64,000 bases of DNA from positions 923-64,922 of the forward strand of contig JAYOHN010000003.1 in the NCBI GenBank assembly GCA_038118245.1, read 5' to 3'. The notes beneath the pieces were generated by a model. The model ran no database searches. It worked only from the letters and a program-made list of their open reading frames with translations, and had not been told where the DNA came from. This document shows, piece by piece, positions 36,308 to 46,659 of the stretch. Both the position numbers and the translations under genes were made by a program. The first letter of the stretch is position 1. Each line of letters begins with the position of its first letter. This stretch comes from Poseidonia sp. (lineage in GTDB: Archaea; Thermoplasmatota; Poseidoniia; Poseidoniales; Poseidoniaceae).

Positions 36308-39300
36308 TTGCTTCCCAAGGGATGGGGTGGATTTTTGGATTCAAGCGACGCGCCGGATAACCCATCCTCTTCAAAGGGGTCCGGTGCAGTCAATCGCCGT
36401 CTCGATGCCCTTGGGAGCAAGTCCAAGGCGGTGCGCGACCAACTCTCGGGTCAACTGAAGACCATGGACTCCAAGAAAACCCTCGACGCTGTGCTGGATG
36501 CGCCAAAACGGTTCAAGCGTGAATGGCAGAAATCGGGTGCTACCGGGGCCATTACCCGTTTTCCTTTGCCCACCGTATTGGTGTTTCTTCTCCTGACGGT
36601 CTATTTTGTCACGCAATCGGGCTTTCTTGACGACACCAGGTTCGACGATGACCCCAACAACCCCGCCCTCAACGTGAACGGTGACTTGGAGGTGTACCTG
36701 CCCGACGGAAGTCGTGTGGCCGAACTCATTGGGAAAGTGGAAGAAGACTGGTCCACAAACGTGATGGTGGTGTACATCGAATCCGACAAATACAACATCA
36801 CGGATCAGCGTATCCTTCAAGAAATCAGTTATGTCGAAAACATCCTCAATCCGTACCTCTCCGATGAATCCGACGACGTCATCTACATCCTTTCGCTCTC
36901 AACCGTCTTGAAAGAAGTGAATTCCAGTGCGCCGCGCATTCGGGAAGCCGTCATCACCGAAGTCGGCGAACTTGGATGCTCAAGCAACCCCGAAGACGAT
37001 TGCTTGTCCCGGGATTTTGCAGAGAATTTGAACGATGCCGCCGCTACGACCGACGATCGTTTTGGAGGCGCATACGAAATCCCGAGCCAGACCACCATTG
37101 ACTTGGTGATAGGAGAAATGTACGAAGAGGACGGTTCGCCCACTGCGGGGTTGAACAAACTCGCTCGAGACATAGAGGGCGCCGAAGACGGAGAGCCAGA
37201 CGGCTTGTTGGACCGGGGCATCATGGCGGTCGCCGTGACAGAAAACAGGCCGGCAAAAGACATCATCTCCGACACGCAGGAAATCCTCGATGCCATCTCC
37301 TCCTTGGAGCGTGCGTGTCGGTTTGACGCCAACGGGGACCCGATTGAATCGGAAGGGTTGTGCGACTGGGAGGACTTGGGATTGAGCATGATTCTCACCG
37401 GCCCGGTCCCCATCACCAACGCCGTGACGGAGTTTTCCTTCCGCCTCTTTTGGGAAATTTTTCCCATGGCCGTTGTGTTGGTGGCCATTGGCTTGTTTGT
37501 CTTTCACTCGGATTTGCTCCAAACCGGGCTGACGGGGATGCGCCCCCTTCAGGGCTTCAAAGTGGTCGTGATTGCAGGCCTGCCGACCTTATGTGCGGTT
37601 TTTTGGACCTTAGGACTGATCGGGGCAACCAATTACGAAGTGACGATGACGGTCATCATCGTAGGACCGATTCTTCTTGCCCTGGGGGTTTCCTACGGTT
37701 TGCACATCACCAACCGTTACGCTGAGGAAGCTGGGACGAGAAGCGAGAAGATGAAAGCCTCCCTTTCCTCGACCGGAAAAGCCGTTTTCCTCTCAGCCGT
37801 CACCACGGTCATCGGCTTTATTTCCCTCGTCTTCACGCCAATGGCGCCCATCCAAACGGTTGGGATTGCCCTTTCGGGGGGTATCGTCATCGTGTACATC
37901 TTGACGATGTTCATGGTGCCCAATCTGACGCTCCTTCTCGACCTGAAAAAGCCAAAACACCCCCCGCTCAAAGCCTTTGACGTCTTGGTCGATGTTCCCG
38001 TCAAGCACAACAAGGCTGTCATCGGGACCTTTGTCATGTTGATTCTTCTCTCGGCAACCATCGGTCAGGCGAACGTGGAGGAAAACATCGATCTCCTCGG
38101 GATGGCTCCCGAGGGTGAATCTCCTGTTGTTAAAATGAAACAATACAGCAAAGAATTCGAGGCCGGGCAAGTCGGCATGATTCTTGTCAACGCCAACGTG
38201 AGCGGCGATTTCAATGACGATGATGTCTCAAACGATGACCCGGTTGAGATTCTTGAAAAAATCAACAACCTCGAAGCCTCGTTGAACACGGTTGAGAACA
38301 CCACGGCGGTCTCGGTGGTTTTCCTGATGAAAGCATCGGGCGTTCAGGTCACCGTCTCAGGGGAGCAGGTCAACGAGTTGTTCCAGTTGGTTCCATGCGG
38401 TGGAAACGACGGATGCGAGGACGTCAAGGCCACGGCAGAAGTCCTCTTCAATCAAAGTGCGTCCTTGGACACTTCGTTTTGGGACCTGTTGACCAACCCG
38501 GATGATTTCAACCTCCCTGGTTCGCAGCAAAGTCAAATTTTCCTTCTCGATGTGTTCTATGCATCGTTGACCAAAGAAACGCGTGAGATTTTCGTCAGCG
38601 ATGATTTTTCTCGTTCGCTCATTTATGTCGACATGCCGTTCATCCCCGTGGCTGACACCTCAAAGAGCGTTGACTCGGTGAACGAAAAGGCTGCGACGTT
38701 CCAGGGTCGTTATGGTGAAACGGCCGAAGAATTGACTGGCGTCGCCGCAACGGCCATTGAGGTCAACGAATTGATCGTTGGCTCCCAATGGACTTCGCTC
38801 GGATTTGCCATCATCCTTACCCTCATCACGCTGGCCGTCGTGTTCAGGGACATCCGCTATTCGATTTGGACCACCTCTCCCGTGATTGCAACGGTTGCGC
38901 TCCAATGGCTGGTGATGTGGCGAATGGACGTTCCTCTTTCGCTGGTGACGGTGATGATCGGTTCCATTCTCGTGGGCGTTGGCGTTGATTTTTCGATTCA
39001 CATCGCCAACCGAATTCGAGAATTGGGCGGTGGCATCCAAGCGATTCGAAGCGCAGCCGTGGGCACAGGAATGTCGTTGTTTGAAGCGGCTGTCGTGACC
39101 TCCCTAGGGATGTTCACTGCCTACAACATTCCCATCCCGGAAATTCAACCTTTTATCACCGTCATTCTCATCTTGCTGTGGGTGGCGGCGGCAAGCGCGC
39201 TGGTTTTGCTGCCTGCCATCTTTGTGACGCTTGAGAAAATGGGCATCGGTGCCGTGAGCGGCTCCAACAGCATGGCCAAGAAGTTGGGGCTGATTTCAAA

Positions 39301-39364
39301 CCACGAGGCCACCCATGAGGTCATGGAAGCCGCTCTGCTCGACGACGTGGTTGATGCTTGGTAA
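36308..39364 (+). CDS. RND-superfamily exporter (COG1033/MMPL-like, two 6-TM bundles)
   Basis: Two TM clusters (about residues 370-520 and 860-1000), each preceded by a large soluble loop. Sterol-sensing/MMPL-like segments include GLPTLCAVFWTLG and LVTVMIGSILVGVGVDFSIHI. The start is ambiguous between TTG 36308 and ATG 36464. Confidence 0.75.
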   Translation: MLPKGWGGFLDSSDAPDNPSSSKGSGAVNRRLDALGSKSKAVRDQLSGQLKTMDSKKTLDAVLDAPKRFKREWQKSGATGAITRFPLPTVLVFLLLTVYFVTQSGFLDDTRFDDDPNNPALNVNGDLEVYLPDGSRVAELIGKVEEDWSTNVMVVYIESDKYNITDQRILQEISYVENILNPYLSDESDDVIYILSLSTVLKEVNSSAPRIREAVITEVGELGCSSNPEDDCLSRDFAENLNDAAATTDDRFGGAYEIPSQTTIDLVIGEMYEEDGSPTAGLNKLARDIEGAEDGEPDGLLDRGIMAVAVTENRPAKDIISDTQEILDAISSLERACRFDANGDPIESEGLCDWEDLGLSMILTGPVPITNAVTEFSFRLFWEIFPMAVVLVAIGLFVFHSDLLQTGLTGMRPLQGFKVVVIAGLPTLCAVFWTLGLIGATNYEVTMTVIIVGPILLALGVSYGLHITNRYAEEAGTRSEKMKASLSSTGKAVFLSAVTTVIGFISLVFTPMAPIQTVGIALSGGIVIVYILTMFMVPNLTLLLDLKKPKHPPLKAFDVLVDVPVKHNKAVIGTFVMLILLSATIGQANVEENIDLLGMAPEGESPVVKMKQYSKEFEAGQVGMILVNANVSGDFNDDDVSNDDPVEILEKINNLEASLNTVENTTAVSVVFLMKASGVQVTVSGEQVNELFQLVPCGGNDGCEDVKATAEVLFNQSASLDTSFWDLLTNPDDFNLPGSQQSQIFLLDVFYASLTKETREIFVSDDFSRSLIYVDMPFIPVADTSKSVDSVNEKAATFQGRYGETAEELTGVAATAIEVNELIVGSQWTSLGFAIILTLITLAVVFRDIRYSIWTTSPVIATVALQWLVMWRMDVPLSLVTVMIGSILVGVGVDFSIHIANRIRELGGGIQAIRSAAVGTGMSLFEAAVVTSLGMFTAYNIPIPEIQPFITVILILLWVAAASALVLLPAIFVTLEKMGIGAVSGSNSMAKKLGLISNHEATHEVMEAALLDDVVDAW

Positions 39365-39402
39365 GCGAGCATTCCATAGACCCCTTTGACCTCCGTACAT
39401 CC

Positions 39403-39873
39403 ATGAAGCACTGGCTCATGAAGTCGGAGTTGGATGTTTACCCGTATGAAAAATTGGTCGAAGACGGCCAGACCCATTGGGATGGCGTGCGCAACTACCA
39501 GGCAAGAAACATGATGCGGGACGACATGAAAGTCGGTGATTTGATTCTCTTCTACCATTCAAACACCAAACCACCTCACGTCGCTGGCGTGGCGAGGGTG
39601 GTGCGGGAGGGCTATCCCGATTTTACATCGTGGGACGAGACGAGCAAGTATTGCGACGAAAAATCGACGCCGGAAAACCCCCGATGGTTCATGGTCGACA
39701 TTGAACCGGTCCGTCCTCTCACCATGGTCTCGTTGGATGCCATGAAAGCTAACCCATCGCTCGAAGGCATGCCTTTGCTACGTCGAGGGCAGCGTTTATC
39801 GGTTCAACCGGTCGATGAAGCCCATTTCAACGAGGTGCTTTCCATGGCCGGCGTGTCTCGTGAGGACCTGTAA
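39403..39873 (+). CDS. EVE (PUA-like) domain protein
   Basis: MKHWLMKSE...HWDGVRNYQARNMMRDDMKVGDLILFYHSN...VAGVARVV is the EVE/DUF55 signature pattern. The start was trimmed to ATG 39403. Confidence 0.8.
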   Translation: MKHWLMKSELDVYPYEKLVEDGQTHWDGVRNYQARNMMRDDMKVGDLILFYHSNTKPPHVAGVARVVREGYPDFTSWDETSKYCDEKSTPENPRWFMVDIEPVRPLTMVSLDAMKANPSLEGMPLLRRGQRLSVQPVDEAHFNEVLSMAGVSREDL

Positions 39874-39876
39874 ACG

Positions 39877-41094
39877 GTGATGGACATGCGCGACCCGGTC
39901 CCTGTCTCCAAGCGTGCCGCAGCCATTGAATACGCCATTCGGGATGTCGTGGTCCCCGCCACGGCACTCGAAGCAGAAGGTCACCAAATTCTCAAACTGA
40001 ATATCGGCGACCCGATTGCCTACCCGGGCCTTCCCACGCCCTCGCACATGGTTGACGCCTATATCAGGGCATTGAAGGAAGGCAGAAACGGCTACTCGCC
40101 TTCGTACGGTTTGCCCGAACTTCGGTCCGCCATTGCCTTGGATGAACAACGAAAGGGCTGGCCGGCAACTTCAGACGACATCTATGTTTGTCACGGTGTT
40201 ACCGAAGCCTTGCAGATTCTTTTTGCAGCTGTCCTTGAGAAAGGGACGAAGGTGCTGGCACCTGGGCCTCACTATCCCCCCTACATGGCGTACCCCCAAC
40301 TCTACGGCGGGCAAACCGTGGAATATGCCTTGGACCCGGACAACGGTTGGCGACCCAACTTTGACGATATCGAAGCCAAAATGGACGAGAGCGTTCGCTT
40401 GCTCGTTCTCATCAACCCGAACAATCCATGCGGGTCCGTCTGTGGGGCCGAGGATGTGGACCGTCTGCTCAACATCGCTCGAGGTTATCCGAATTGCATC
40501 GTGGTGGCAGATGAAATCTACGACGGCCTTGATTTCACAGGAAACCATGTCTCTGCGGCGAGCCGCAGCAACGATGTGCCCGTGGTTGCTCTCAACGGCG
40601 TATCAAAAGTCTACTATGCGCCGGGTTGGCGCATCGGGTACATGGCGGTGCACGACCCCACAGGGTGTCTTCGTTTGGTTCGTGACGGCATTGAACGTTT
40701 GCTCCGGTCTCGCCTCTGCGCTTCCACCCCCGCACAACTTGGTTACCTTGCAGGACTGACGGGTGACCGAACGTGGATGCAAACCTACAGCACCCGTGTA
40801 AAGCGACAGCGGGATTACTGCATTCAACGGATAGAGGGCATCGAAGGATTGGAGGTTCAATCGCCGGGCGGCGCCTTCTACATGTTCGTTAAATTGACCG
40901 ATGCCCGGTGGGCTGAAGATGACAAGCAGTTTGTCCTCGATTTGCTACATGAAGAACACGTTTTGTTGGTCCACGGGAGCGGGTTTTCCCCGATTTTAGG
41001 CAAAGGACATGTTCGTTTGGTTTACCTCGCTGATTTGGATGTTCTTGAAGAGGCTTTTTCAAGAATCGAGCGGTTTCTCGAAAGGCATCGCTGA
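39877..41094 (+). CDS. class I/II pyridoxal-phosphate aminotransferase (alanine/aspartate aminotransferase-like)
   Basis: LNIGDP, GYSPSYGLPELR, INPNNPCG and the PLP-lysine context NGVSKVYYAPGWRIGY. Confidence 0.85.
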   Translation: MMDMRDPVPVSKRAAAIEYAIRDVVVPATALEAEGHQILKLNIGDPIAYPGLPTPSHMVDAYIRALKEGRNGYSPSYGLPELRSAIALDEQRKGWPATSDDIYVCHGVTEALQILFAAVLEKGTKVLAPGPHYPPYMAYPQLYGGQTVEYALDPDNGWRPNFDDIEAKMDESVRLLVLINPNNPCGSVCGAEDVDRLLNIARGYPNCIVVADEIYDGLDFTGNHVSAASRSNDVPVVALNGVSKVYYAPGWRIGYMAVHDPTGCLRLVRDGIERLLRSRLCASTPAQLGYLAGLTGDRTWMQTYSTRVKRQRDYCIQRIEGIEGLEVQSPGGAFYMFVKLTDARWAEDDKQFVLDLLHEEHVLLVHGSGFSPILGKGHVRLVYLADLDVLEEAFSRIERFLERHR

Positions 41095-41097
41095 GGC

Positions 41098-44000
41098 ATG
41101 CGAACATACGGAGATTTGATGAAGCATCAATTCAGCGTGATTCTCATGCGGTGGTCCATCCTTTCGGTCTGCACCGCTCTCCTTGGGCTTGTTTGGCTTC
41201 CCAGCGTTTCGGCATCGACCGTTTCTTCAAGCACCGGCGTGACGGCTGATTTGGTTGGACCGTTGGTCATCGCCCTTCTCGTATCGTTCGCCATTCGTCG
41301 TTGGTTTATCCCTGCACAACTGAAAAACCTTCAAGTGGCTTTTGAGATTGATAATGATCTCTATGAAGTGCACCGAATCACGCGAACGCTGCGCGATTCC
41401 AGGAAGTTGCTCAAAGAGGGGCGCACCGGTTTTGGTGTCCTGCTTTACATGATGGGGCTCACGGGCGTCTTGATTTTAATTGCCGAACTCTTGTTCAATC
41501 CCGACGTGTTCTCGAGCATCAATCTCTACATCATGGCCACGTTGATCTTGATTCCTGTGCTGATCTCCCCTTGGGAGTCCCTCAGCAGTCTGCTCTCAAG
41601 CAAAAAAAGAGAAACACGCAGTTCCTTGAGTGCTGATTTGATTCGTCGGTTGATCACGTTGGCTCTGCTTGTGATAGCAACCGCTCTCGTGCTCGCTTAC
41701 GGCATGCAGGTGGAAGGGAAACTTACCCCGACCTGGATTGCGTTTGGATTGCTCACCTTCATGGCGCCTACAATTTTCGCCTATGGACGAATCATGGGTG
41801 CATCTTGGAACATGTTGCTCATCAGCAAGTGGAGAACCGCTCGTGGACGTGCAAATCCGATCGACCCCGAAAAGAACGGCATTGTTGGCCGTTTGTTTTC
41901 ATTTATTCTCGTCATGTTCCTCCTGACCATGCCGGTGACGGCGCTCAACGGTATCCTCACGGTACTCTACGTGATGCTGAACAACCCACCCAACGCCGAG
42001 GAGATCCTCAATTTCGGGGGCATCATTGGCTACACGATTTACCTGAACATTGACGTCATCTCAGAGATTCTTTTCCAACTGGAATTCATCAAGTCCCTCC
42101 CGGAAATTCTCTCCCTTTATTTGACCATGAACATCGCCATTGTTGGCCTTGCTTTCATCTTTGAGTTGACACGGAACCTGATTCTCGGCGGACAAAGCTT
42201 TGGCGGCATGTTCGGCGTAACGCTCGATACCCCACGAGAGATTCGAGCTGAAAAAGCGGCCCAAGCTCGTCAATTGACGTTTGCCTTCGCCGGTTTTTCC
42301 GGATACACCGTTCTTCTGCTCATCCTGGTGTGCTACAAAGAATTTGGCGACCTCATGCCGATGACGGCGTGGCTGGAATCGCAGAATTTTGACGAAGAAA
42401 TGCGTTTGCTGACCACCTGGCTGTTCATCGCCGTCGGACAGGCCGTCTTCCTCCTGACTTGGTTGCTGTCCATCAGTCGATTTGGTGGCTTGGTCAAACT
42501 CCGATTTGACCTCAATCCCGACGAACGAAGGGAGGGTGCCGTGAAACTCGCAGGTGGCGACCGCCTCCAAAACCTGGTCGAGACGGCCGCCTACAACGAG
42601 GACATCGACTTGCTGATTCGCGTGCAAACGCACGACTTCCCAGGGGATCAGGCCCTCATTCGTCAGGAACAATCTCGCGCCTCCATGTGGGAAAAAGCGT
42701 TGCGTGGCCTTTGGCCTGAAGCCATCGAGGAGAGTCGGAAGTTGCTGGCGCAATCCGGCGGCGACAACGACGAGGCCAGGCTGATCATCGCTACCGGTTA
42801 CATCGCCTTGCGACGCCTCGACGCCGCACGTGAAGCCCTTCATGGCTTGCAACAACCCGAGGGCTACGACGAGCCGGAGTTGCTTTCGTTCGTTTGTGAA
42901 TGGATGGACCCCTGGCACGGCTCTGTCACAGAGGATGACCTTTGGGACTGGGAAAACAACTCGGTGATTGACCACCTTCAAATGCTCCAAAACATGATGC
43001 GGAACTGGAGCCCAAAACCGAAGGACCTGCAGGTCCACAACGACAAAGTCTCCCAAGTTGGCCAGTTGACGATGGTGGCGTTGCTGCGAGCTCAAAGGCT
43101 GTACGACGAGGCCCTCGAATTGGCCCTTGTTTTGGTTCGTTCCGACCCCACCGGTGTCCGCCCGCGCATCGCCGTGGCTCTCACCTTGATGGACACCGGC
43201 CAGTGGCACGATGCAAAGACGGTTCTCGACGAACTCATCAAAAGCGACAGCAAAGACCCTCGTGTGATGGCGCTCGCTGTGATCTTTGGTTACGGGAAAA
43301 AGGGCAACGAACACATGGAAGTGTCGCTTTTGCTCGACGATGCGAAAACCACCCGACATTGGATGGATGCAGCGCCGGTGAACGCTTATGCAGCCCTTTT
43401 GCAAAAGGGAGGCGTCGATGAAGCACTGAACGCCAACGTCCTCGTTGCTGCTCACGAAGCCACCCGACGTGCCATGCCACCTCGGTTTGCTCCATCCATC
43501 TTTTCCCGCATCGTTCAGTTTTTGGTCCTGATTCCATTGTGGTTTGTACTGGGCATTTTGGCTTACCAAGAAGTGGGGGCTGAAGAAGGACTGACGTTGC
43601 TTGGTGGCCTTCTTGGTTTGCACTTCACTTACACTCGATTTGCCCTTCAGCAAGAGCATCAAATCAAACATCGGGACCAGCGAGGCTTGATCAAGTACGC
43701 GAAGCGTATGCGCCGGTTCAAGGTGAAACCAGGTCCAGAAAACATTCCCATCGGCAACCATCTTCTGATGAGCGGGATTCTTGTCTCCGTGAACGGTGTG
43801 GTGCTTGATGTTGGTTTTCCTGCATGGTTGTTTGAACGTCTTCCTCGGGAACCTGAAAAGAAAGTTCGGGGCCGGTTGCGCCGTCGCTCTGTGAAAATGG
43901 AAAAGGGGAAAACCCCACGAGTCACTCCACTCGGTAAGGCCTGGTGGCTCAAGCGTCCCAAGGAACATGCCGAAACCGGTCCAATGCTCGAACGTGAAAT

Positions 44001-44145
44001 CGGACCAGTGGCCTACCGTGGCCGGACCAATTACATCCGCAAAAAGGAGCCCCACGCTTTGAACGCCGCTGCTGAAGGGCGGGACGATGTTGTGCAACAG
44101 CGGTTCATACCTCGCAACACCATACGTAGCGAGCGAGGCGCTTGA
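41098..44145 (+). CDS. large polytopic membrane protein with a central TPR-like helical region and a basic C-terminal tail
   Basis: 1015 aa. A signal-like N-terminus, about 10 TM segments (residues 40-470), a roughly 350-aa helical repeat region (for example ARLIIATGYIALRRLDAAREALHGLQ and LYDEALELALVLVRSDP), two more TM segments, and a K/R-rich tail. I recognise no family. Confidence 0.65.
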   Translation: MRTYGDLMKHQFSVILMRWSILSVCTALLGLVWLPSVSASTVSSSTGVTADLVGPLVIALLVSFAIRRWFIPAQLKNLQVAFEIDNDLYEVHRITRTLRDSRKLLKEGRTGFGVLLYMMGLTGVLILIAELLFNPDVFSSINLYIMATLILIPVLISPWESLSSLLSSKKRETRSSLSADLIRRLITLALLVIATALVLAYGMQVEGKLTPTWIAFGLLTFMAPTIFAYGRIMGASWNMLLISKWRTARGRANPIDPEKNGIVGRLFSFILVMFLLTMPVTALNGILTVLYVMLNNPPNAEEILNFGGIIGYTIYLNIDVISEILFQLEFIKSLPEILSLYLTMNIAIVGLAFIFELTRNLILGGQSFGGMFGVTLDTPREIRAEKAAQARQLTFAFAGFSGYTVLLLILVCYKEFGDLMPMTAWLESQNFDEEMRLLTTWLFIAVGQAVFLLTWLLSISRFGGLVKLRFDLNPDERREGAVKLAGGDRLQNLVETAAYNEDIDLLIRVQTHDFPGDQALIRQEQSRASMWEKALRGLWPEAIEESRKLLAQSGGDNDEARLIIATGYIALRRLDAAREALHGLQQPEGYDEPELLSFVCEWMDPWHGSVTEDDLWDWENNSVIDHLQMLQNMMRNWSPKPKDLQVHNDKVSQVGQLTMVALLRAQRLYDEALELALVLVRSDPTGVRPRIAVALTLMDTGQWHDAKTVLDELIKSDSKDPRVMALAVIFGYGKKGNEHMEVSLLLDDAKTTRHWMDAAPVNAYAALLQKGGVDEALNANVLVAAHEATRRAMPPRFAPSIFSRIVQFLVLIPLWFVLGILAYQEVGAEEGLTLLGGLLGLHFTYTRFALQQEHQIKHRDQRGLIKYAKRMRRFKVKPGPENIPIGNHLLMSGILVSVNGVVLDVGFPAWLFERLPREPEKKVRGRLRRRSVKMEKGKTPRVTPLGKAWWLKRPKEHAETGPMLEREIGPVAYRGRTNYIRKKEPHALNAAAEGRDDVVQQRFIPRNTIRSERGA

Positions 44146-44201
44146 ACAGGCCACATTGCCTGCGGGAGTATTCAAAAACCGAGCGCGGTGTTGGCTAAGC
44201 A

Positions 44202-45515
44202 ATGACCAACTCCAAGGAATCCACGCCCGGCTCAACGACCAACCGAGGCCATGCGTTCGCAGTGATGGAAGCTGTTCGTTCAAGCGGGCGCCTCTACGGC
44301 GACGGTTTGGGGATGATCGCCTCGGAGAACATCATCTCTCCGCTGGTTCGCGAAATCGTCAGCAGTGACCTTCACGGTCGTTACGCCGAAGGATTGCCCG
44401 GCAAAAGGTACTATCAGGGATGCGATGATTTTGACACCATTGAATCGTTAGGCATTGAACTCGCTCGGGAAGTTTTTGGGGCACCCTTTGCCAACATTCA
44501 ATCCATTTCGGGAACGGTTTCCAACATCGGCGCCCTCAAAGCGCTCGCCAAGCCCGGTGACAAGATCACGGCGGTCTCGACAGCGGACGGCGGCCACATC
44601 TCCCACGCTCGGATGGGGGCTGTTGGTTTGCGCGAGCTGAACCTGACCACCTACCCATGGAACGAAGAACGAATGGAACCCGATGTAGATGCGTCTTGCG
44701 CTCTGATTCGGGAGGTCCAACCAAAGGTAGCACTCTTCGGCCAGTCGGTGTTTCTCTTTCCAACGCCGATGAAAGAAATGGCCGACGCGGCGAAAGAAGT
44801 TGGCGCCTCGGTGATGTACGACGGCGCACACGTTCTCGGTCTTATCGCCGGTGGGCAGTTTCAAGACCCGCTGAGAGAGGGTGCGGATGTGATGACCGGT
44901 TCAAGCCACAAAACCTTCCCCGGGCCACAAGGTGGGTTCTTGCTGTCCTCTTCTGAAGACGAAGGCGTCCACCGACGGCTGAACAACGCCATGTTTCCCG
45001 GAGTGGTCTCATCGTATCATCTTCACCATGTCGCCGGCAAAGTAATGGCGCTGGCTGAATTCAAGGAATTTGGCGTTGACTACGCGAAGGACATCGTGAC
45101 CAATGCACAAGCATTTGCTGCAGCGCTTGCATCCGAAGGCTTCGATGTTCTCGCAGAGTCCCGGGGGTACACAGCCTCACACCAGGTCTTGACCCGTCAC
45201 GGCGAATTGGATTCGGGAGCAGGAGCGAAAGCAGCGGCTCTCTTGGAACAGGCCGGAATCATCACGAACATGAACATGCTTCCTGGGGACACGAAAGCCA
45301 TGACGCCTTCCGGTTTGCGCTTGGGTGTTCAGGAACTCACACGCGTGGGTTTTACACCGGATGATATGCTTGACGTCGCATCGTTTTATGCCCGTGTTTT
45401 GCTGAAACATGAAGACCCTGCATCGGTGAAAGCAGACGTCCACGACCTCAAATCCCAGCGGCAACGGATTCTCTATTGCTTCAACGACGAAGGTGATTCC
45501 GGCTACCCGTCGTGA
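44202..45515 (+). CDS. glyA: serine hydroxymethyltransferase
   Basis: IASENIISP, YAEGLPGKRYYQGC and the PLP-lysine context TGSSHKTFPGPQGG. Confidence 0.92.
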   Translation: MTNSKESTPGSTTNRGHAFAVMEAVRSSGRLYGDGLGMIASENIISPLVREIVSSDLHGRYAEGLPGKRYYQGCDDFDTIESLGIELAREVFGAPFANIQSISGTVSNIGALKALAKPGDKITAVSTADGGHISHARMGAVGLRELNLTTYPWNEERMEPDVDASCALIREVQPKVALFGQSVFLFPTPMKEMADAAKEVGASVMYDGAHVLGLIAGGQFQDPLREGADVMTGSSHKTFPGPQGGFLLSSSEDEGVHRRLNNAMFPGVVSSYHLHHVAGKVMALAEFKEFGVDYAKDIVTNAQAFAAALASEGFDVLAESRGYTASHQVLTRHGELDSGAGAKAAALLEQAGIITNMNMLPGDTKAMTPSGLRLGVQELTRVGFTPDDMLDVASFYARVLLKHEDPASVKADVHDLKSQRQRILYCFNDEGDSGYPS

Positions 45516-45525
45516 GGTGGCTGAT

Positions 45526-46548
45526 GTGGCTACGCATTTGTCTCGCTTTGAGGAATTTTCCTTCGGAAAGAACGGGTGCTTTTTCGATGCGGAGGCAGCA
45601 AGCATCGCTCTATGGGGCGTGATCGAAACCGAGGATTTTTTTCGCTACCTGGACACTGAATTTGAAGCACCCATCGGGCGCAAGTTGCTCTACGCTGCGA
45701 CCGACGCTGAGGAAGTCTTGCTGCAAGAAACGCGCTTTCCACTGCCTCGATTCAGGAGGACCCGTCACCTTCGGGTTGTTCTTCGCAACCGAGCGACGCG
45801 CATGGGCTGGGGGCGCTTTGAAACGAGATCCGTCCTCAACCCCTGCCACGATGCGCTTTCCGTTGGATTCTCCCTTGCCCACGAGGAGCATGTCGGGAAA
45901 CAGCGGTTGAACATCGAGTGGAGGCAACTCCAGCCCGAATTCATACGCTATGAGGTGACCCCCAAGGCGACGCCCACGCCGCCTGCGTCCAAGCCGCGTG
46001 CACCTGAATGGGGCCGTTGCGAGGCCGAGCGACCCACCGAACTCCTTGCGGATTTGGAACTTGAGGAACGTGCAAACGGTTTTTTTCTTGGTGAGCAACG
46101 AAGTTTTTTCATGCCGACATTGCTGCTCGATTTCCTTCAAGATGCACTGCGCGGGCGGCCGCTCTCAAATGAGACAGCAGACCCATGGTTGACCTTTACC
46201 GACGCTGGAACTGAGCATCGTCTCTTCGCCGTCTTCGCTCGGGCTGCGCGTTCAATGTTTGAGAACAGCACTTACGGCGTTTACGTGCTGGAGAAAAAAG
46301 ACTGGGAGGCGCATGTCCAGCAGCGCATCCAACGACGAGGCCTTGGGAGGGTCGAGGTTCTTGAGGCCCACTTGGATGAGAGCCGGAGAACCGTTTTCCG
46401 CATCCAATCCTGTCTACCTGCGGTGGTTTCTGGTGTGCTCGTGGGCATGTGGGAGCGGTGCTACGGCCTTCGTTGTGCCGCTCGTGTCGATATGGGGACG
46501 AGTTTTGTCGATCTTTTTCTCGAACAGCCTGCGGTTGAATATGTTTGA
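45526..46548 (+). CDS. hypothetical protein (about 340 aa)
   Basis: A long ORF directly after glyA. GTG 45526 lies 6 nt after GAGGTG. GTG 45493 and 45517 are alternative starts. I recognise no motif. Confidence 0.5.
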   Translation: MATHLSRFEEFSFGKNGCFFDAEAASIALWGVIETEDFFRYLDTEFEAPIGRKLLYAATDAEEVLLQETRFPLPRFRRTRHLRVVLRNRATRMGWGRFETRSVLNPCHDALSVGFSLAHEEHVGKQRLNIEWRQLQPEFIRYEVTPKATPTPPASKPRAPEWGRCEAERPTELLADLELEERANGFFLGEQRSFFMPTLLLDFLQDALRGRPLSNETADPWLTFTDAGTEHRLFAVFARAARSMFENSTYGVYVLEKKDWEAHVQQRIQRRGLGRVEVLEAHLDESRRTVFRIQSCLPAVVSGVLVGMWERCYGLRCAARVDMGTSFVDLFLEQPAVEYV

Positions 46549-46659
46549 TTTTTTGAACAAAATGCGTCGGCGTGCTTTGATGTCACGCCCAAAAGAGGTC
46601 AAGGTTCATAACCGAATCAACGCCTCGTCAAGATTGCACAGTTGTGCGGGGTGTGTTGA

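Noticed and set aside
42061-44283. 740-aa minus-strand ORF opposite the 1015-aa membrane protein gene
   Set aside because: It has no TM or domain logic and low-complexity composition. The plus-strand product has coherent TM and helical-repeat architecture and operon context. This is a shadow ORF.
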